Below are positions 26,800-40,745 of a DNA stretch of 64,000 nt, piece after piece (position 1 is the stretch's first letter; each line of letters begins with the position of its first letter). The DNA comes from Scyliorhinus canicula (Eukaryota). The position numbers were made by a program, and so were the translations under genes. The stretch spans positions 6,429,337 to 6,493,336 of the forward strand of contig NC_052172.1 of the NCBI RefSeq assembly GCF_902713615.1, given 5' to 3'. Under the pieces are notes generated by a model. It saw nothing but the letters and a program-made list of their open reading frames with translations. It was not told the DNA's origin and did not search any database.

Positions 26800-27850
26800 A
26801 CGAGCCCATTGCGGCAAGTCAGACATTATGATTTTGCTTTTCTGAATGGAGCGCTGTAAACAGTGGTGTTCTGCAAGGATCAGTGTTGGAACCTTTGCTA
26901 TGTGTCGTATATATTTGATTTGGTGTAAAATGTAACTGGTCTGATTAGTAAGTTTGTGGACGTCACAAAAGTTGTTGGACTTGCGGATACAGAGGATACA
27001 GCAGAATATCGATCGATTGGAGACTTGGCGGAGGGATGGCAGATGGAGTTTCATCCGGACAAATATGAGGTATGCCTTTTGGAAGGTGTAATATAGGTGG
27101 GACATACACAGTAAATGGCACAATCCTTAAAAGTATTGACAGGCAGAGGTATCTGGGTATTGAGGAACACAAGTCACTGAAAGTGGCAACGACGGTGGAG
27201 AAGGTTGTCAAGAAGGCATAAGGAACGCTTACCTTCATCGACCGGGGCATCGAATATAACAATTGGCAAGTCATGCTGCAGCTGTATAGAACCTTGAATA
27301 GGTCACATTTGGAATAAAGTGTTCAATTCTGGTCGCCACACTACCAGAAGGATGTTGAGGCTCGGGAGAGGGTACAGACGGAGTTGATCAGGATGCCTCG
27401 TAAGGAGGGTATTGGCTATGATGACAGCTTCGATAAACTCGGTGTTTTCCACTGGAACGACCGAGGTTGAGGGGCGACCTGACAGAAATCTACAAAACTA
27501 TGAAAGGAATGAACGAAGTGGATATTCAGAAGCTTTTCTTCCAGGGAGGAAGAGGCGATTACTTGGGGGCATAGGATCAGGGTGCGATGGGAAATTTAGA
27601 GATGTGCGAGGGAAGAATTTTTGCACAGAGTGAGTTCGTACCTGAAATTTGCAACTGGAGGAGGTGGTGGAAGCAGGCCCGACAGTGATGTTTAAGGGGT
27701 GTCTTGACAAATACATAAATAGGATGGGAATGGGGGGGATATAGACCCCGGAAGTGTAGACAATTTTAATTTAGACGGGCAGCATGGTCGGGACAGGCTT
27801 GGAGGGCCGAAGGATCTGTTCCTGTGCTGTACTTTTCTTTGTTATTTGCT
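26800..27850 (+). mobile_element. Decayed CR1 3' RT fragment
   Basis: GVLQGSVL-like and QFWSPHYQKD motifs plus a CR1 tail. Confidence 0.8.
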
Positions 27851-27989
27851 CTTAACCAGTTTTCTACGTGATATTTTGATGTTTTTTTTCCACGTGCTCG
27901 CATGCCATTTCCAATCAATCTTAATAATCTTGATAAACCTTTAAAGATGTTTTCGGGTAATTATAAAAAAGGATTTCACTTAAAAAGAG

Positions 27990-28500
27990 AGAAGTGAAAT
28001 TTATTTGTACCTCTTCTCCGGTCCATCTGCTGCCTCTCTTTTCGTCCTCTTCTCTCTCTCTCTGCCTCTGCATTTCTTTTATTTCTCAACATACCTTTCT
28101 GAATAAATCCATCATTTCTCTCAGTCCCGTTCAATCTCCGTCGTCTGTCGCTCTTTCTCCACATCTCTTTTCCTGTTTATTGCACCTTTCATTCCCCTTC
28201 ACTTTCTAGTTGGTTACATAGTTCCATCTATCCTTCTGCTTTTTCACTTTTCGTTTCCGTATTTCTCTCTTTTCTTTATCTCACGCCTTGTCCATCTCTT
28301 TTGCTGTTTGTTATACCTTTCAGCCCCTTTCACTTTCTAGAATGTCATAACGTTCCGTTTATCCTCATGTGTTTCACTCTTCCTTTCCTTGCTTCTCTCT
28401 TTCACCACCTTCTCTTGCTCTCTGTCTCTCTCCCTCCTTCCCCGTCGCACTCTTTCTCTCCACCTCTCTAAATCTCCACTCCCATTTCCAATGTATCGCC
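27990..28500. repeat. Pyrimidine-rich low-complexity tract (similar tracts at 13270-13450, 14190-14440 and 29280-29530; purine-rich at 12290-12660)
   Basis: Strong CT strand bias, no coding signal. Confidence 0.8.
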
Positions 28501-28784
28501 TTACAACAACCTATTCCAGTCGTTTACTTCAGCGGGCAGACAAAGTGCAAAATTATCAGCATTAGCAAGTTGTCAACGAGGGAAGGAAAATCTGAGCAAA
28601 TGTTGTTCATATTCAATAGCATGGGCGTGGATGGGAGGAAGTTCGTTTTGTTAGTGCAATCACCTCATTGATTGCAAAACCTGAAAACGTAGCAATAATG
28701 TGTTCTGATTTTGCAATTCACGTCGATTATCATTCGTAAATTTGATCAGAGATAACCGGAAAATATCGACTCAGAAAGATGCAA

Positions 28785-28955
28785 TGCAAATCGCTTATTG
28801 TCACGAGGAGGCTTCAATGAAATTACTGTGAAAAGCCCCTAGTCGCCACATTCCGGCGCCTGTTCGGGGAGGCTGTTACGGGAATCGAACCTTGCTGCTG
28901 GCCTGCCTTGGTCTGCTTTCAAAGCCAGCGATTTAGCCCTGTGCTAAACAGCCCC
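28785..28955 (-). mobile_element. Short SINE family B
   Basis: Reverse complement of the 15214-15390 family. Confidence 0.85.
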
Positions 28956-29543
28956 TGCTCAAACGGCTGAAAAATAACAGCTGCACGGAAAGAGGTCAAA
29001 CGTAAGCAGATTTGAGATTTCAGCTTTCCACTGACAGGCATATTTTTAAAAGTAGGTCATTGAGCTTAAGTTTCACTCTGTGGGTTGAAGGAAGTCGCTT
29101 ATCAGCATGCGGCTTTTTGTCGGGAGTCTAACTGAGCGAGATCTTGTTCTTTCAGCTCCTCCTGTGCGACAGGCTGTCTCTGAGGTTCTGCACCTGTCAC
29201 TTCCAGGAGATCAAATGTGGTTTGTGGGCGTGATTACCAAATTCGTATATACATATTTACAGCTGAAGTTTCTTATTTAACATTTTTTCTGTTCATTTTG
29301 TCATTCTGCCCCCTTTTCACTTCTTTATTCTAATCTGTCTGTCCTTCTGTCCATCTTCTCCATTACTGTCCTTCTTTAATTCGTTTCAATATGTTTTCTT
29401 CCTTTCGCCTAATCAAACTCTCCTCTCTCTGTCCATCTGCTTTACTCCTTTCTATCATTTTAATTTAATGTATTCTTTCTCTCTCTTTCATTATTTGTCT
29501 ATTGCATCCCCTTATTATTGCCCTTCTTGCTGCAACTGTATAA

Positions 29544-29880
29544 GGGCAGCAGGGTAGCATGGTGGTTAGCATAAATGCTTCACAGCTCCAGGGTCCCAGG
29601 TTCGATTCCCGGCTGGGTCACTGTCTGTGTGGAGTCTGCACGTCCTCCCCCTGTGTGCGTGGGTTTCCTCCGGATGCTCCGGTTTCCTCCCACAGTCTAA
29701 AGATGTGCGGGTTAGGTGGATTGGCCATGCTAAAGTGCCTGTAGTGTCCTAATAAAAGTAAGGTTAAGGAGGGGTTGTTGGGTTACGGGTGTAGGGTGGA
29801 TACGTGGGTTTGAGTAGGGTGATCATGGCTCGGCACAACATTGAGGGCCGAAGGGCCTGTTCTGTGCTGTACTGTTCTAA
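29544..29880 (+). mobile_element. Full-length HE1-type SINE
   Basis: gggcagcagggtagcatggtggttagc..gggccgaagggcctgttctgtgctgtactgttcta. Confidence 0.9.
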
Positions 29881-29889
29881 AAAAAAAGG

Positions 29890-31080
29890 CATTGGTGAGA
29901 CCGCACCTGGAGTACTGTGTACCATTTTGGTCCCCTTATTTGAGGAGGGGTGTGGTTGCATTCGAGACAGTTGAGAGGAAATTGATAGAAACATTGAAAA
30001 TAGAAGCAGGAGGGGGCCATTCGGCCCTTCGAGCTGATGGCTGATCACCAAGTTCAATACCCTGATCCTGCCTTCCCCCACATCCCTTGATCCCTTTAGC
30101 CCCAAGATGTATATCGAATTCCGTCTTGAAATTACACAACATTTTGGCTTCAACCACATTCTGTGGTACTGAGTTCCACAGATTCGTCACTTTCTGGGTG
30201 AAGAAATTGCTCCTCACCTAATTCCTAAAACGTTTACCCCTTATCCTCAAACTACGACCCCTAGATCTGGACATGTCCAACTATGGGAACATTGTTTCTG
30301 AATCTATCCTGTCTAATCCTGTTAGAATTTTGTAAGTTTCTATGAGATCCCCTCTCACTCTTCTAAACTCCAATGAATATAATCCTGACCTCGTATGACA
30401 GTCTTGCCATCCCAGGAATCAGCCTGGTCAACATAGGCTGCACTCCCTCCATAACAAGAACATCCTTCCTCCGATAAGGACACCAAAACTACACACAATA
30501 TTCTAGGTTTAGCTCCACGAATGCCCTATAAAATTGCAGTCAAGCATTTCTGTTCGTATACACAAATCCTCTCGCTTTGAAGGCCAACGTGATATTTGCC
30601 TTCTTTACTGGCTGTTGTACCCCCACACTTACTTTCAACAACTGATGCATGAGGACACCAATGTCTTGCTGATTATCCACCTCTCTCAATTTACACCTAT
30701 ACAAATAACAATTTGCCTTCTTATTTTTGAAGCAGAAAGCCTCACATTGATTCACATTATACGGCATTAACCATGAGTAAGCCTACTCACTCAGCCTGTC
30801 CAAATCCCGCTGAAGCATCTCAGCATCCTCCTCACAGCTCACCCTCTCACCCAACTATGTACCATCTGCAAACTTGGTGATAATACATTTAGATATTCTC
30901 GTCCAAATCATTAATATATAATTTGAACATTTTGAGTCCGAGCACATCTCCCCGGGGTGCCCTACTAGCCACTGCATACCAACCATGAACATACCCATTT
31001 ATTCCAACTTTTTGCTTCCTGACTGCTAACTAGCCATCTCAAGACATTACCCGTAATCCCATTCGCTTTAACTTTGCATA
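29890..31080 (-). mobile_element. CR1 RT fragments (main piece minus strand; short plus-strand piece 29890-29990)
   Basis: MRSNFFTQKVTNLWNS and LVRPHLEYCVPFWSPY motifs. Confidence 0.8.
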
Positions 31081-31299
31081 TTAATAATAATAATCTTTAT
31101 TCGTGTCAGAAGTAGGCTTACATTCCCTCTGTTTTCACTTTCTTTACTTCAACCAAACGAACTCTTTGTATTGGTATTTTTATTTCCAGACCAATTGCAG
31201 TCATAGAATCATTGAATCCCTACAGTGCAAAAAGAAGCCATTCTTCACCGACTCTTTGAAAGATCACCGTACCTGGGTTCAATCCCGTGTCTCTAAACA

Positions 31300-31562
31300 A
31301 AGAAAAAAAAGAAAAATACAGCAAAAGAACAGGCACTTCGGCCCTCCAAGCCTGCGTCGACCTCATCCTAAACCATAATTGAGCATGGACAGTGCACCTG
31401 CCCTACACATCTTCGGACTATTGAAGGAATTCGGAGCATCAAGAGGAAATCCAAGGAGACACAGGGAGAAAGTGCAAACTCCACACAGATAGTCATCCAA
31501 GACCAGAGTTGAACCAGGGTTCCCTGTGCGATGAAGCAGCAGTGGTAATCACGGTGCTGCCC
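31300..31562 (-). mobile_element. HE1-type SINE
   Basis: Ends cggtgctgccc (reverse-complement head). Confidence 0.75.
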
Positions 31563-31633
31563 ATCTCCAATCGGATGTTTTATATTGGAGGTCAAGATGG
31601 CCACGGATAGGTAGGCAGGCTGATGGGTTTTGG

Positions 31634-31789
31634 NNNNNNNNNNNNNNNNNNNNNNNNNNNNNNNNNNNNNNNNNNNNNNNNNNNNNNNNNNNNNNNNNNN
31701 NNNNNNNNNNNNNNNNNNNNNNNNNNNNNNNNNNNNNNNNNNNNNNNNNNNNNNNNNNNNNNNNNNNNNNNNNNNNNNNNNNNNNNNNN
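31634..31789. other. Assembly gap (156 N)
   Basis: Run of N. Confidence 1.
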
Positions 31790-31934
31790 ATGGATAGATA
31801 GAATTAGCTGTTAGTGAAACATAGTAACAGAGGTATATTATCAGACTCAGAATAAGGGTCCTCATAAAGAAATGCGACGCCCGGTTCTCAAAGTACTCAC
31901 TCTTACACATGTGCCTGCTCAGTTTTTGTTTTGT

Positions 31935-32156
31935 TTTAAATTTTGAGTACCGAATTCATTTTTTCCAATTACGGGGCAATTTATCGTGGCCAATCCACCC
32001 AGTCTGCACATCATTTTGGGTTATGGGGGCGAAACCCACACAAACACGGGGAGAATGTGCAAACTCCACACAGACAGTGACCCAGAGCCGGGATCGAACC
32101 TGGGACCTCGGCGCCGTGAGGCCGCAATGCTAACTATTGCGCCCTAGTGCTGCCCA
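31935..32156 (-). mobile_element. HE1-type SINE
   Basis: actccacacagacagtgacccagagccgggatcgaacc..gtgctgccc. Confidence 0.85.
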
Positions 32157-32749
32157 TGTGCTATCTCAGTTAATCGGCAGTCCGACATATAAAGCATTTT
32201 GTCTCATGGCAGTTTACAATAAAACATTTTGCTTGTTTTACATATACTAAGCCGGATGCATTCCTGAAAAGAGCAAAAAATGAAACTGATCCGATTATTC
32301 CGGTTCGTCCTGGATAGACAGTGGTTGATGCTATCCACTTCTCTCCCTGAAAATGTTTTCTTCGCCTTCTGTTACCATGTCACCGTGGCTCCTCAATTGA
32401 ATCTGCAACCTGGATAAGAAGGGGGAATTTAGATTCATGGGAGACTGGAAAAGTTGCTCTTATGATCTTCAGAGCAGTGGGATTTATGTGGATATTTACT
32501 GGAATCGCACAAGGACTGAGGGATCTCCATTAGTTACCGGGTCGAGAGAAACTGGGAATGATGTCCTTAGAACAAAGTGATATTTACCAGAATTGTACAA
32601 GGGATGAGGCTTAATTATTGAGCACAGTTCTTAGCGCCACACTTTAGGTATTACCTGAAGGCCTTGGCAGTGGTGTGGGTGTGCTTTGCGAGAACAGTAT
32701 CAGTGCTGAGGGACTTGACTTTTGTGGAGGGAAGAGTGAAACTGCGCTT

Positions 32750-33030
32750 GTTAGACCATAAGAGCATATTTAGGCGTCTTGGCCCATAGAGTCTGCTTCG
32801 CCATTCAATCATGGCTGATATTTACTCATCCCCATTCTCCTGCCTTCTCTCCATAACCACTGATCCCCTTATTAATCAAGAACCTATCTATCTCTATGTT
32901 AAAGACACAATGAATTTACGTCCACAGCCTTCTGCGGCAGAGTTCCAGAGATTCACCACCCTCTGGCTGATGAAATTCCTCCTCATCTCTGTTTTAGAGG
33001 ATCGTCCCTTTAGTCTGAGATAGTGTTCCC
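32750..33030 (-). mobile_element. CR1 3' end
   Basis: Reverse complement of a CR1 3' UTR (aggagaatggggatgag..aaatatcagccatgattgaatgg). Confidence 0.75.
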
Positions 33031-33129
33031 CTTAGAAAAGCAAGGGTTAAGGTGGAAAAACATGATCACGCTGTGTAAAATTATTAGTGTCTTCGACAGG
33101 ATGGTTTAGGAGAAGTTGCTTCCCTGGAA

Positions 33130-34870
33130 AAAAGGTATTGGATTGGGGAAGAGCAGACATCACCAAAATAAAGCAAAATCTAGTCAACGTAGATTGGAAC
33201 AAGTTACTGGTGGGGAGATCTGCAGAAGTGCAGTGGGGTGTTCAAAGAGGATATGGGGAGGGTACAGGCCCAACATGTTTCCTCTAGTGTAACAGTGGAG
33301 AGTTCTCCAGGTCCGGGTGAATTGTGTCCTAGGTTGCCGTGGGAGGCGAGGGAAGAGATGGTCGGGACCCTGATCCAAATGCTTATTTTTTGTTCGGCCA
33401 CGGGAGAGCTACCAGAGGACTGATGAATCGAGAATGTGGTCCCACTATTTAAGAAAGGCTGTAGGGATAAGCCAGAGAACTACAGGCCAGTGAGTCTCAC
33501 GCCAGTGACGGGGAAACTAATGGAGAAAATTCTGAAGGAGCGAAACTATCTCCACTTGGAGATGCAAGGCGTGATCAAGGATAGTCAGCATGGCGTTGTC
33601 AGAGGGAGGTCGGGCATGACAAATCTGACTAAATTTTTTGAACCCGTGACTAAGTGTGTAGGAGATGCCAATGCAGTTGATGTAGTTGACATGGATTTCA
33701 GCAAAGCATTTGACAAGGTCGCACATGGGAGACTGATAAATTACGCAAATGTACATGTGATTCAGGGGAACTTGATGAGAAGGATTCGGAGCTGGCTGAG
33801 GTATAGGAGTCAGAGGGCGATGACAGACGGCTGTTTTAGTGACTGGAAGCCCGTGTCCAGTGGCGTACCACAGGGACATGTGCTGGGTCCCCTATTATTC
33901 GCCATTTATATAAAAGGTTCAGATGGCTTTGTGAGGGTAGGATCAGTAAGTTTGTGGATGATGCAAAGATAGGCCGGGTGGTTAACAGTGAGGCTGAGCA
34001 TCTTGGGTTACAGGAAGAAACAGATGGAATGGTCAAATGGGCAGAAACGTGGCAGATAGAATTTAATCCTGAAAAGTGTGAGGTGTTGCACTTTGAAAGG
34101 AGCAATTTGGCAAGGAAATATTCAATGAATGGCACCAAACTGTTATGTTCTGGGGAACAAACGTACCTTGGAGTGTTTATAAATAGATCTCTGGAGGCAG
34201 AAGGTCAGGTTAATAGGGTGGTGGGAAAGACATATAGTACACTTGGCTGTGTCTATCGAGGCATAAACTACAAATGCAAGGAAGTCATGTTGGAGTTGTA
34301 TAAAACATTGGAGAGGTCACAGCTGGAGTGCAATTCTGGTCGCCACATTACAGGAAGGATGTGATTGCACGGGACGGGGTGCAGAGTCGATTCACCAGGA
34401 TGTTGCGTGGAATGGAACATTTTAACTATGAGGAGAGGTTGGATAGGCTTGGGTTGTTTTCACTGGAGCAGAGAAGATGGAGAAGCGACCTGATCGAGGT
34501 GTACAAGATTATGAGGGGAATGGGCAGCGAGGATAGGGAGCTGCTGTTCCTCTTCGTTGAGGGGTCAGTTACGAGGGGGACACAAGTTCAAGTTGAGGGG
34601 CGGGAGGTCCAGGAGGGATTTTAGGAAAACCCTTTTTTACCCAGAGGGTGGTGACTCTCTGGAATGCACTGACTGGGAGGGTGGATGTGAGGCGGGTTGC
34701 CTCACATTCTTTCAAATGTACCTGAATGAGTACTTGGCACGTCACAAAATTCGAGGCTGTGGACCAAGTGCTGGCAATTGATATTAGGATTGTCAGATCA
34801 GATGCCTTTCATGTGGTGGTGCAGACTCGATGGGCCGAACGGCTTTTTCAAAACTGTATTTCTTCTGTGA
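33130..34870 (+). mobile_element. Decayed CR1 RT
   Basis: VPLFKKGCRDKPENYRPVSLT..DFSKAFDKVAHGRL..SGVPQG. Confidence 0.85.
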
Positions 34871-35189
34871 TTCGGTAGCTTAAGGTCGGTGATCAGAGAA
34901 CCCAGGTTAATGGAAAATCAATCAGAGGTGGCTTTCCGAAAGGAAATTACATAACTCTGTTATATTCTGGAACACACTCCTTGAAAGGGTGTTGGAAATT
35001 CAAAGTAAATTTTGAATAATAATAATAACAATAATCTTTAGTCGTGTCACAAGTCGGCTTACATTAACACTACAACGAAATTACTGTGAAAATACCCTAG
35101 CCGCCACATTCCGGTGCCTGTTCAGGTACACGGAGGGATAATTCAGAATGTCCAATTCACCTACAAAGCAAGCAATTTGATGTATACTT

Positions 35190-36360
35190 GCAGGTCTCTG
35201 AGTTAAGAACAAGATCATGGGGTCATGCGAACATACAAACATACGTATTAGAAACAGGAGTAGGCCAGTCGGCCCCTCGAGCGGCCCCGCCATTCAGTAA
35301 TAACTTTGCTGATCTGATTGTAACTCAACCCCGCATTCCTGCCGACCCCCATAATCTTTCACCCCATTTTTAATCAGTAATCTATCCAGCTTTGCCTTAA
35401 AAATATTCAAAGACTCTGCATTCACTACCTTTTGAGGGAGAGAGTTCCAGAGACTCACGACCCTCCGAATGAGGAAATAAATCTCCCAACCTCGGTCTTC
35501 AATGAGGGACCTCTTATTTTAAAATTTGACCACTTGTTCTGCATTCATCCACAAGATGAAACATGCTCTCCACGTCCACCCTGTCAATACCCCTCAGGAT
35601 CGTAAAGGGTTTGATCAAATCGTCTCTTAGTCTTCGAAACTCTGGTGGACACCAACTTAACATGTCCAACCATTCCTTGTAAGAAAACCCACCGAGTCCT
35701 TGTCTAATAAACATTCTCTGAACTGCTTCTGAAGTATTTATGTATTTTTCTGAATAAGGAGATTAATATTGTACACAATGCTCCTGATGTGGTCCCAATA
35801 TTTTCCTGTACTACTGAAGCATAACGTCCCTGAATTCGGTATGAATTCCTCTCACAGTAAATGCTAACATTCTATCAGAACAAAGAGCAAAATGTTCACA
35901 ATTACTTGCTGCATCCGTATTCTATATTTTTCTGATTCAGGTACTCGGACAGCCAGATCCCTCTGCACTTCAGGGCTCTGTAATCTCCCACCATTTGGAT
36001 AATAAGCTCCTTTATGATTATTCCTGCCAAAATGGGCAACTTTACATTGACCCACATTATCCTCCACTTGCCAGCTTTTTCTTCACTCACAACTCATGTT
36101 GCTTTTTAGCCTCCTTACATCCTCTTCAAAATTTACGTTTCTACCTATCTTTGTGTCGTCAGAAAATTTAGGAACAATACCTTCCACGCCTCCAGCCAAG
36201 TAATTTCTCGAAATTGTCGAAATGTTGAGGCCCCAGCACTGATACCTGTGATACATCATTCGATACATCCTACCCAACTGAAAACGATCCCATGAATCCC
36301 ACTCTCGGTTTTCTGTCACCTAGCCAATCTTCAATTCTTGCCAATATGTACACCCTCAAC
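35190..36360 (-). mobile_element. Decayed CR1 3' RT
   Basis: KFSDDTKIG and FRRLRDDLI motifs plus a 3' tail at ~35200. Confidence 0.75.
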
Positions 36361-37209
36361 CATCGACTTCTATTTAACACACTAACATTTGAAAAGCTTT
36401 CTCAAATAGAAAGGATGTGTTCAATTGACCTAGTGACCTCCTCCTGTGCTGTATGATTTGACGACCAGAGTTGGGATGGTGGAAAAATAACGAAGCCGGA
36501 TACGCTTGCTATTCTTGGAGAGGCATGAGGTAATGTTTACCAGACCTTCTGTATTGTGTCTGTGTCATGGTGGCAGAGTCAGTGCATTAGACTAATAATG
36601 GGCAAACATTTAAAATGATTCAGGCTGTGTGCAAGTTTGTAGCGGGAAATTTAGTTATTAGTTTATTAGATTTCCAATCTCTTGTTCAATTACCTCAGCT
36701 ATCACAGCCATTCAGCCCGCTGAGCCTCTTCAGCCAGATTGATCCATTAGGGCTTATCTCCATCTTAGCTCAACTTATCAGACTACCTTCCATTGCACTT
36801 AAATCCTTTGCCAACAACAAAACAAAACACTCTCCCCTTTGACAAGTTGAATTGACCCCCAAAGAGTGAACAACCTACTGGGAGGAGCAAATTCAACATT
36901 TCCACTTCCCGTATTGTGAAGAGATGCTCCAAAACATCACCCCTCGATGCTCTGAGTCTCATTTTAAATATATGCTGGTTTATTCTGACAAAATAAATTG
37001 TTTTCTCTACCTATCCTGTAACATATTTAACTATCTTAGCCACCTCGATTCTGCATTCAAGGAGTACAAAAACATGAATGTAAATATCTTGATGCTTCAT
37101 TTTCTTCCCTCCCGATCATATGATTATCGAGATTTTGAAACTCACCCAGCAGAGAATTGCTCTCTCTCTCTCTCCCTCTCTCTTTCTTGCTCTCTCTTTC
37201 TTTCTTTCT

Positions 37210-39700
37210 GATATAGAATGGATAGGTGTGGAGGTATCAGGGCAGTTGTCATGGGTGACTTTAACTTTCCAAATATTGATTGGAACCACTATAGGTCGAA
37301 AAGTTTGGATGGGGCAGTTTTTGTACAGTTTGTGCTGGAGGGTTTCCTGACGCAATATGTGGATAGTCCGACAAGAGGGGGGCCACATTGGATTGGATTT
37401 GGTATGGGTAATGAACCGGGCCAAGTGTTAGATTTGTTTGTGGGACAGCACTTTGGAGGTAGTGACCACAATTCGGTGTCTTTCACTATTGCAATGGAGA
37501 GGGATAGGGCCATACGGCAGAGCAAGGTTTATAATTGGGGAGGGGTAATTATGATGCGATTAGGCCAGAATTAGGGATCATAAGAAGGGAACAGAAACTG
37601 TCAGGGAAAGGCATAAATAAAAAGTCGAGCTTGTTCAAGGAACCAATACTGCGTGTCCATGATAGGTATGTCCCTGTCAGGCAGGGAGGAAATGGCCGTG
37701 TGAGCGAACCATGGTTCACAAAAGAGGTTGAATGTCTTGTCAAGAGGATAAAGGAAGAGTATGTAAGAAGGATGTGAAACAAGGTTCAGGTGGATCGGTT
37801 GAGGTTTACAAGGTAGCAAGGAATGAGCTCACAAAAAGGGCTTAGGAGAGCTAGGAGGGGCCATGAGAAGTCCTTGGCGGGTCAGATAAAGGACAACCCC
37901 AAGGCTTTTTACTCTTATGTGAGAAATTAAAGAATGACCAGGGTGAGGGTAGGCCCGGTCAAGGACAGTAGTGGGAACTTGTGCATGGATTCAGAAGAAA
38001 TAGGAGAGGCGTTGAATTAATACTTTTGTTCAGTGTTCACCAAGGAGGGGGGGCATGCTTTTGAGGATGAGAGTGTGATATAGGCGGGTAGGCTGGAGGA
38101 GGTAGATGTTCTGAGGAAGGATGTATTAGCAATTTTGAAAAACCTGAGGGTTGACAAGTCCCCTGGGCCACACGGGATATATCCAAGTATCCTTTGGGAG
38201 GCAAGGGATGAGATTGCAGAGCCTTTGGCTTTGATCTTTGGGTCCTCACTATCCACGAGGATAGTGCCCGAGGACTGGAGAGTGGCGAATGTTGTTCCTC
38301 TGTTCAAGAAAGGGAATAGGAATGACCCTGGTAATTATAGGCCAGCTGGTCTTACTTCGGTGGTCGGTAAATTAATGGAAAAGGTCCTGAAGGAGAGGAT
38401 TTATGACCATTTGCAAAGATGCAGCTTAATCCGGGATAGTCAACACGGATTTGTGAAGGGTAAGTCTTGTCTCACAAATTTGATTGAATTCTTTGAGGAG
38501 GTAACTAAGTGTGTAGATGAAGGTAGAGCAGTTGATGCCGTATACATGGATTTTAGTAAAGCGTTTGATGAGGTTCCCCATGGTCGGCTCATGAAGAAAG
38601 TAAGGAGGTGTGGGATAGAGGGAAATTTGGCCAATTGGATAAGTAACTGGCTATCACATAGAAGACAGAGGGTGGTGGTGGATGGAAAATTTTCAGACTG
38701 GAGACCAGTTACCAGCGGTACCACAGTGGTCAGTGCTGGGTCCTCTGCTATTTGCTTTTTTTGTCAATGACTTGGAGGAGGGGGCTGAAGGGTGGGACAG
38801 TAAATTTGCTGATGACACCAAGATTGGTGGAGATGAGGTGGAGGGCTGTTGTAGGCTGCAAAGAGACATTGACAGGATGCTGAGCAGGGCCGAAAAATGG
38901 CAGATGGAGTTTAACCCTGATAAGTGCGATGTGATTCATTTTGGCAGAAAACATTTGAATGCGGATTACAGGGCCAATGGCAGAGATCTGAGGAATGTGG
39001 AGGAACAGAGAGACCTTGGGGTTCATGTCCACAGGTCACTGAAGGTCGCCACTCAATTGGATAGAGCCTTGAAGAAGGCTTATAGTGTGTTAGCGTGTAT
39101 TAACAGGGGGCTTGAGTTTAAGAGCCGCGGGGTTATGCTGCAACTATACATGACCCTGGTCAGACCACATTTGGAGTATTGTGTGCAATTCTGGTTACCT
39201 CATTATAGGAAGGATGTGGAAGCATTGGAAAGGGTGCAAAGGAGATTTGCCAGGATGCTGCCTGGTTTCCAGGATAAGTCTTATGAGGAAAGATTGAGGG
39301 AGCTAGGGCTTTTCTCTTTGGAGTGGAAGAGGACGAGTGGCGACTTAATAGAGGTTTATAAGATGATGCGGGGGATAGATAGAGTGGACGTTCAGAAAAT
39401 ATTTCCTAGCATGGATGTAGCTGTTACAAGGGGGAATAACTATAAGATTCAGGGTGGGAGATATAGGAGGGATTCCCATGGTAGGTTCTTTACTCAGAGA
39501 GTGGTTAGCATGTGGAATGGACTGCTTGCTGTGATAGTGGAGTCGACCACTTTAGTAACTTTCAAGCGGTTATTGGATAGGCACATGGAGCACACCAGAA
39601 TGACAGGGAGTGGGATAGCTTGATCTTGGTTTCGGACAATGCTCAGCACAACATCGAGGACCGAACGGCCTGTTCTGTGCTGTACAGTTCTATGTTCTGT
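37210..39700 (+). mobile_element. CR1 ORF2 (endonuclease C-part plus RT), few lesions
   Basis: ORFs 37218-37574, 38135-38770 and 38682-39623 carry VMGDFNFPNIDW, DKSPGPHGIYP, FADDTK and PHLEYC. Confidence 0.92.
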
Positions 39701-40424
39701 GTTCTATGTGCGGTTATCAGAGTGCAGCTGTCAAGGTTCAGATGGATCAACAACTGCTCAATAAACAGATAGTCAGTCTGGTTTATGGGTTCAATGATAG
39801 GCGAATCAGAATATCGCACATCAACTGCAGACCAAACCCACAAGCATGTCTTCCACCAGTGCAACATTGCATTGATGAGCGTAGAAGTGACCATTATCTA
39901 GATGCGCGGGCAAAAAGTATTAAGATATGAGCTCAGACACACCATTACAGATGATTAAATGTTAATTAAATGAAGCTACAAATTATAGTAGAAAAAACAG
40001 TGACAATGAAACTAGATTGTCACAGAAATCTATTTGTGACACTAATGCTCATTAATGAAGGAAGTCTGCCGCTCGCGTGCGGCCTGGCCTCTGAGTTCAG
40101 GCTGCCAACAATGTGGTTGTCCACGAAATCGATGAGCAAATAACAAGAGCTATAGTTGACGCACTTGCCGTGGGGCATTACCGGCTTCTGTTGGACATTG
40201 AGGATGGCAACAGTGTTTTCCCAGAACCGTGAATTTAAAAAAAACATTAAAAAAGCAAAATGAAGATCGAAGAACATATGTGTGTCCTGCACAACACACC
40301 GCCAGCCGCCCTACCTGTGTGATATCTCTGACATTGCTCATGACTCTGTATCTCAATCTCCAATCAAGTGTCACATCTAAATTTCAGAGGTAGTGCTGTC
40401 ACCTCCCACCCGAATCACCGAGAA

Positions 40425-40745
40425 TCATAGAATCCCTGATATACGGAAGGAGGCCATTCGATTGATCGAGTCTGCACTAACCCTTCGAATGAGCCTCTGC
40501 CCACTTACGTGTGTCCACACTGCCCTTCCCCCCTAACCTAACCTGCACGTCCATGGACACTGAGGGCAATTTATCATGGTCAGTCCATCTAACCTGTACA
40601 TCTTTGAACTGTGGGAGGAAACCGGAGCACCCGGAGGAAACGCCCGCAGACAAGGGGGAAAAGTGCAAATTCCACGGTCAGTAACCCGAGGCCGGAATCG
40701 AACCCGGGTCCCTCGCGTTGTGAGGCAGCAGTGCTGACCAATACG
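40425..40745 (-). mobile_element. HE1-type SINE
   Basis: Reverse-complement HE1 body and tail. Confidence 0.85.

Noticed and set aside
29110-29160. Nonamer-like ggctttttgt
   Set aside because: There is no heptamer at 12 or 23 nt.
29215-29270. Possible orphan leader exon (MWFVGVITKFVYTYLQ) with a nearby tgtcacttcc
   Set aside because: It lacks a proper GT donor, has charged and polar residues, has the wrong motif spacing, and has no downstream V exon.
32420-32580. Frame reading KSCSYDLQSSGIYVDIYWNR with a C..W spacing like an Ig domain
   Set aside because: There is no splice acceptor, FR2/FR3 motif, second Cys or RSS. It is probably chance.
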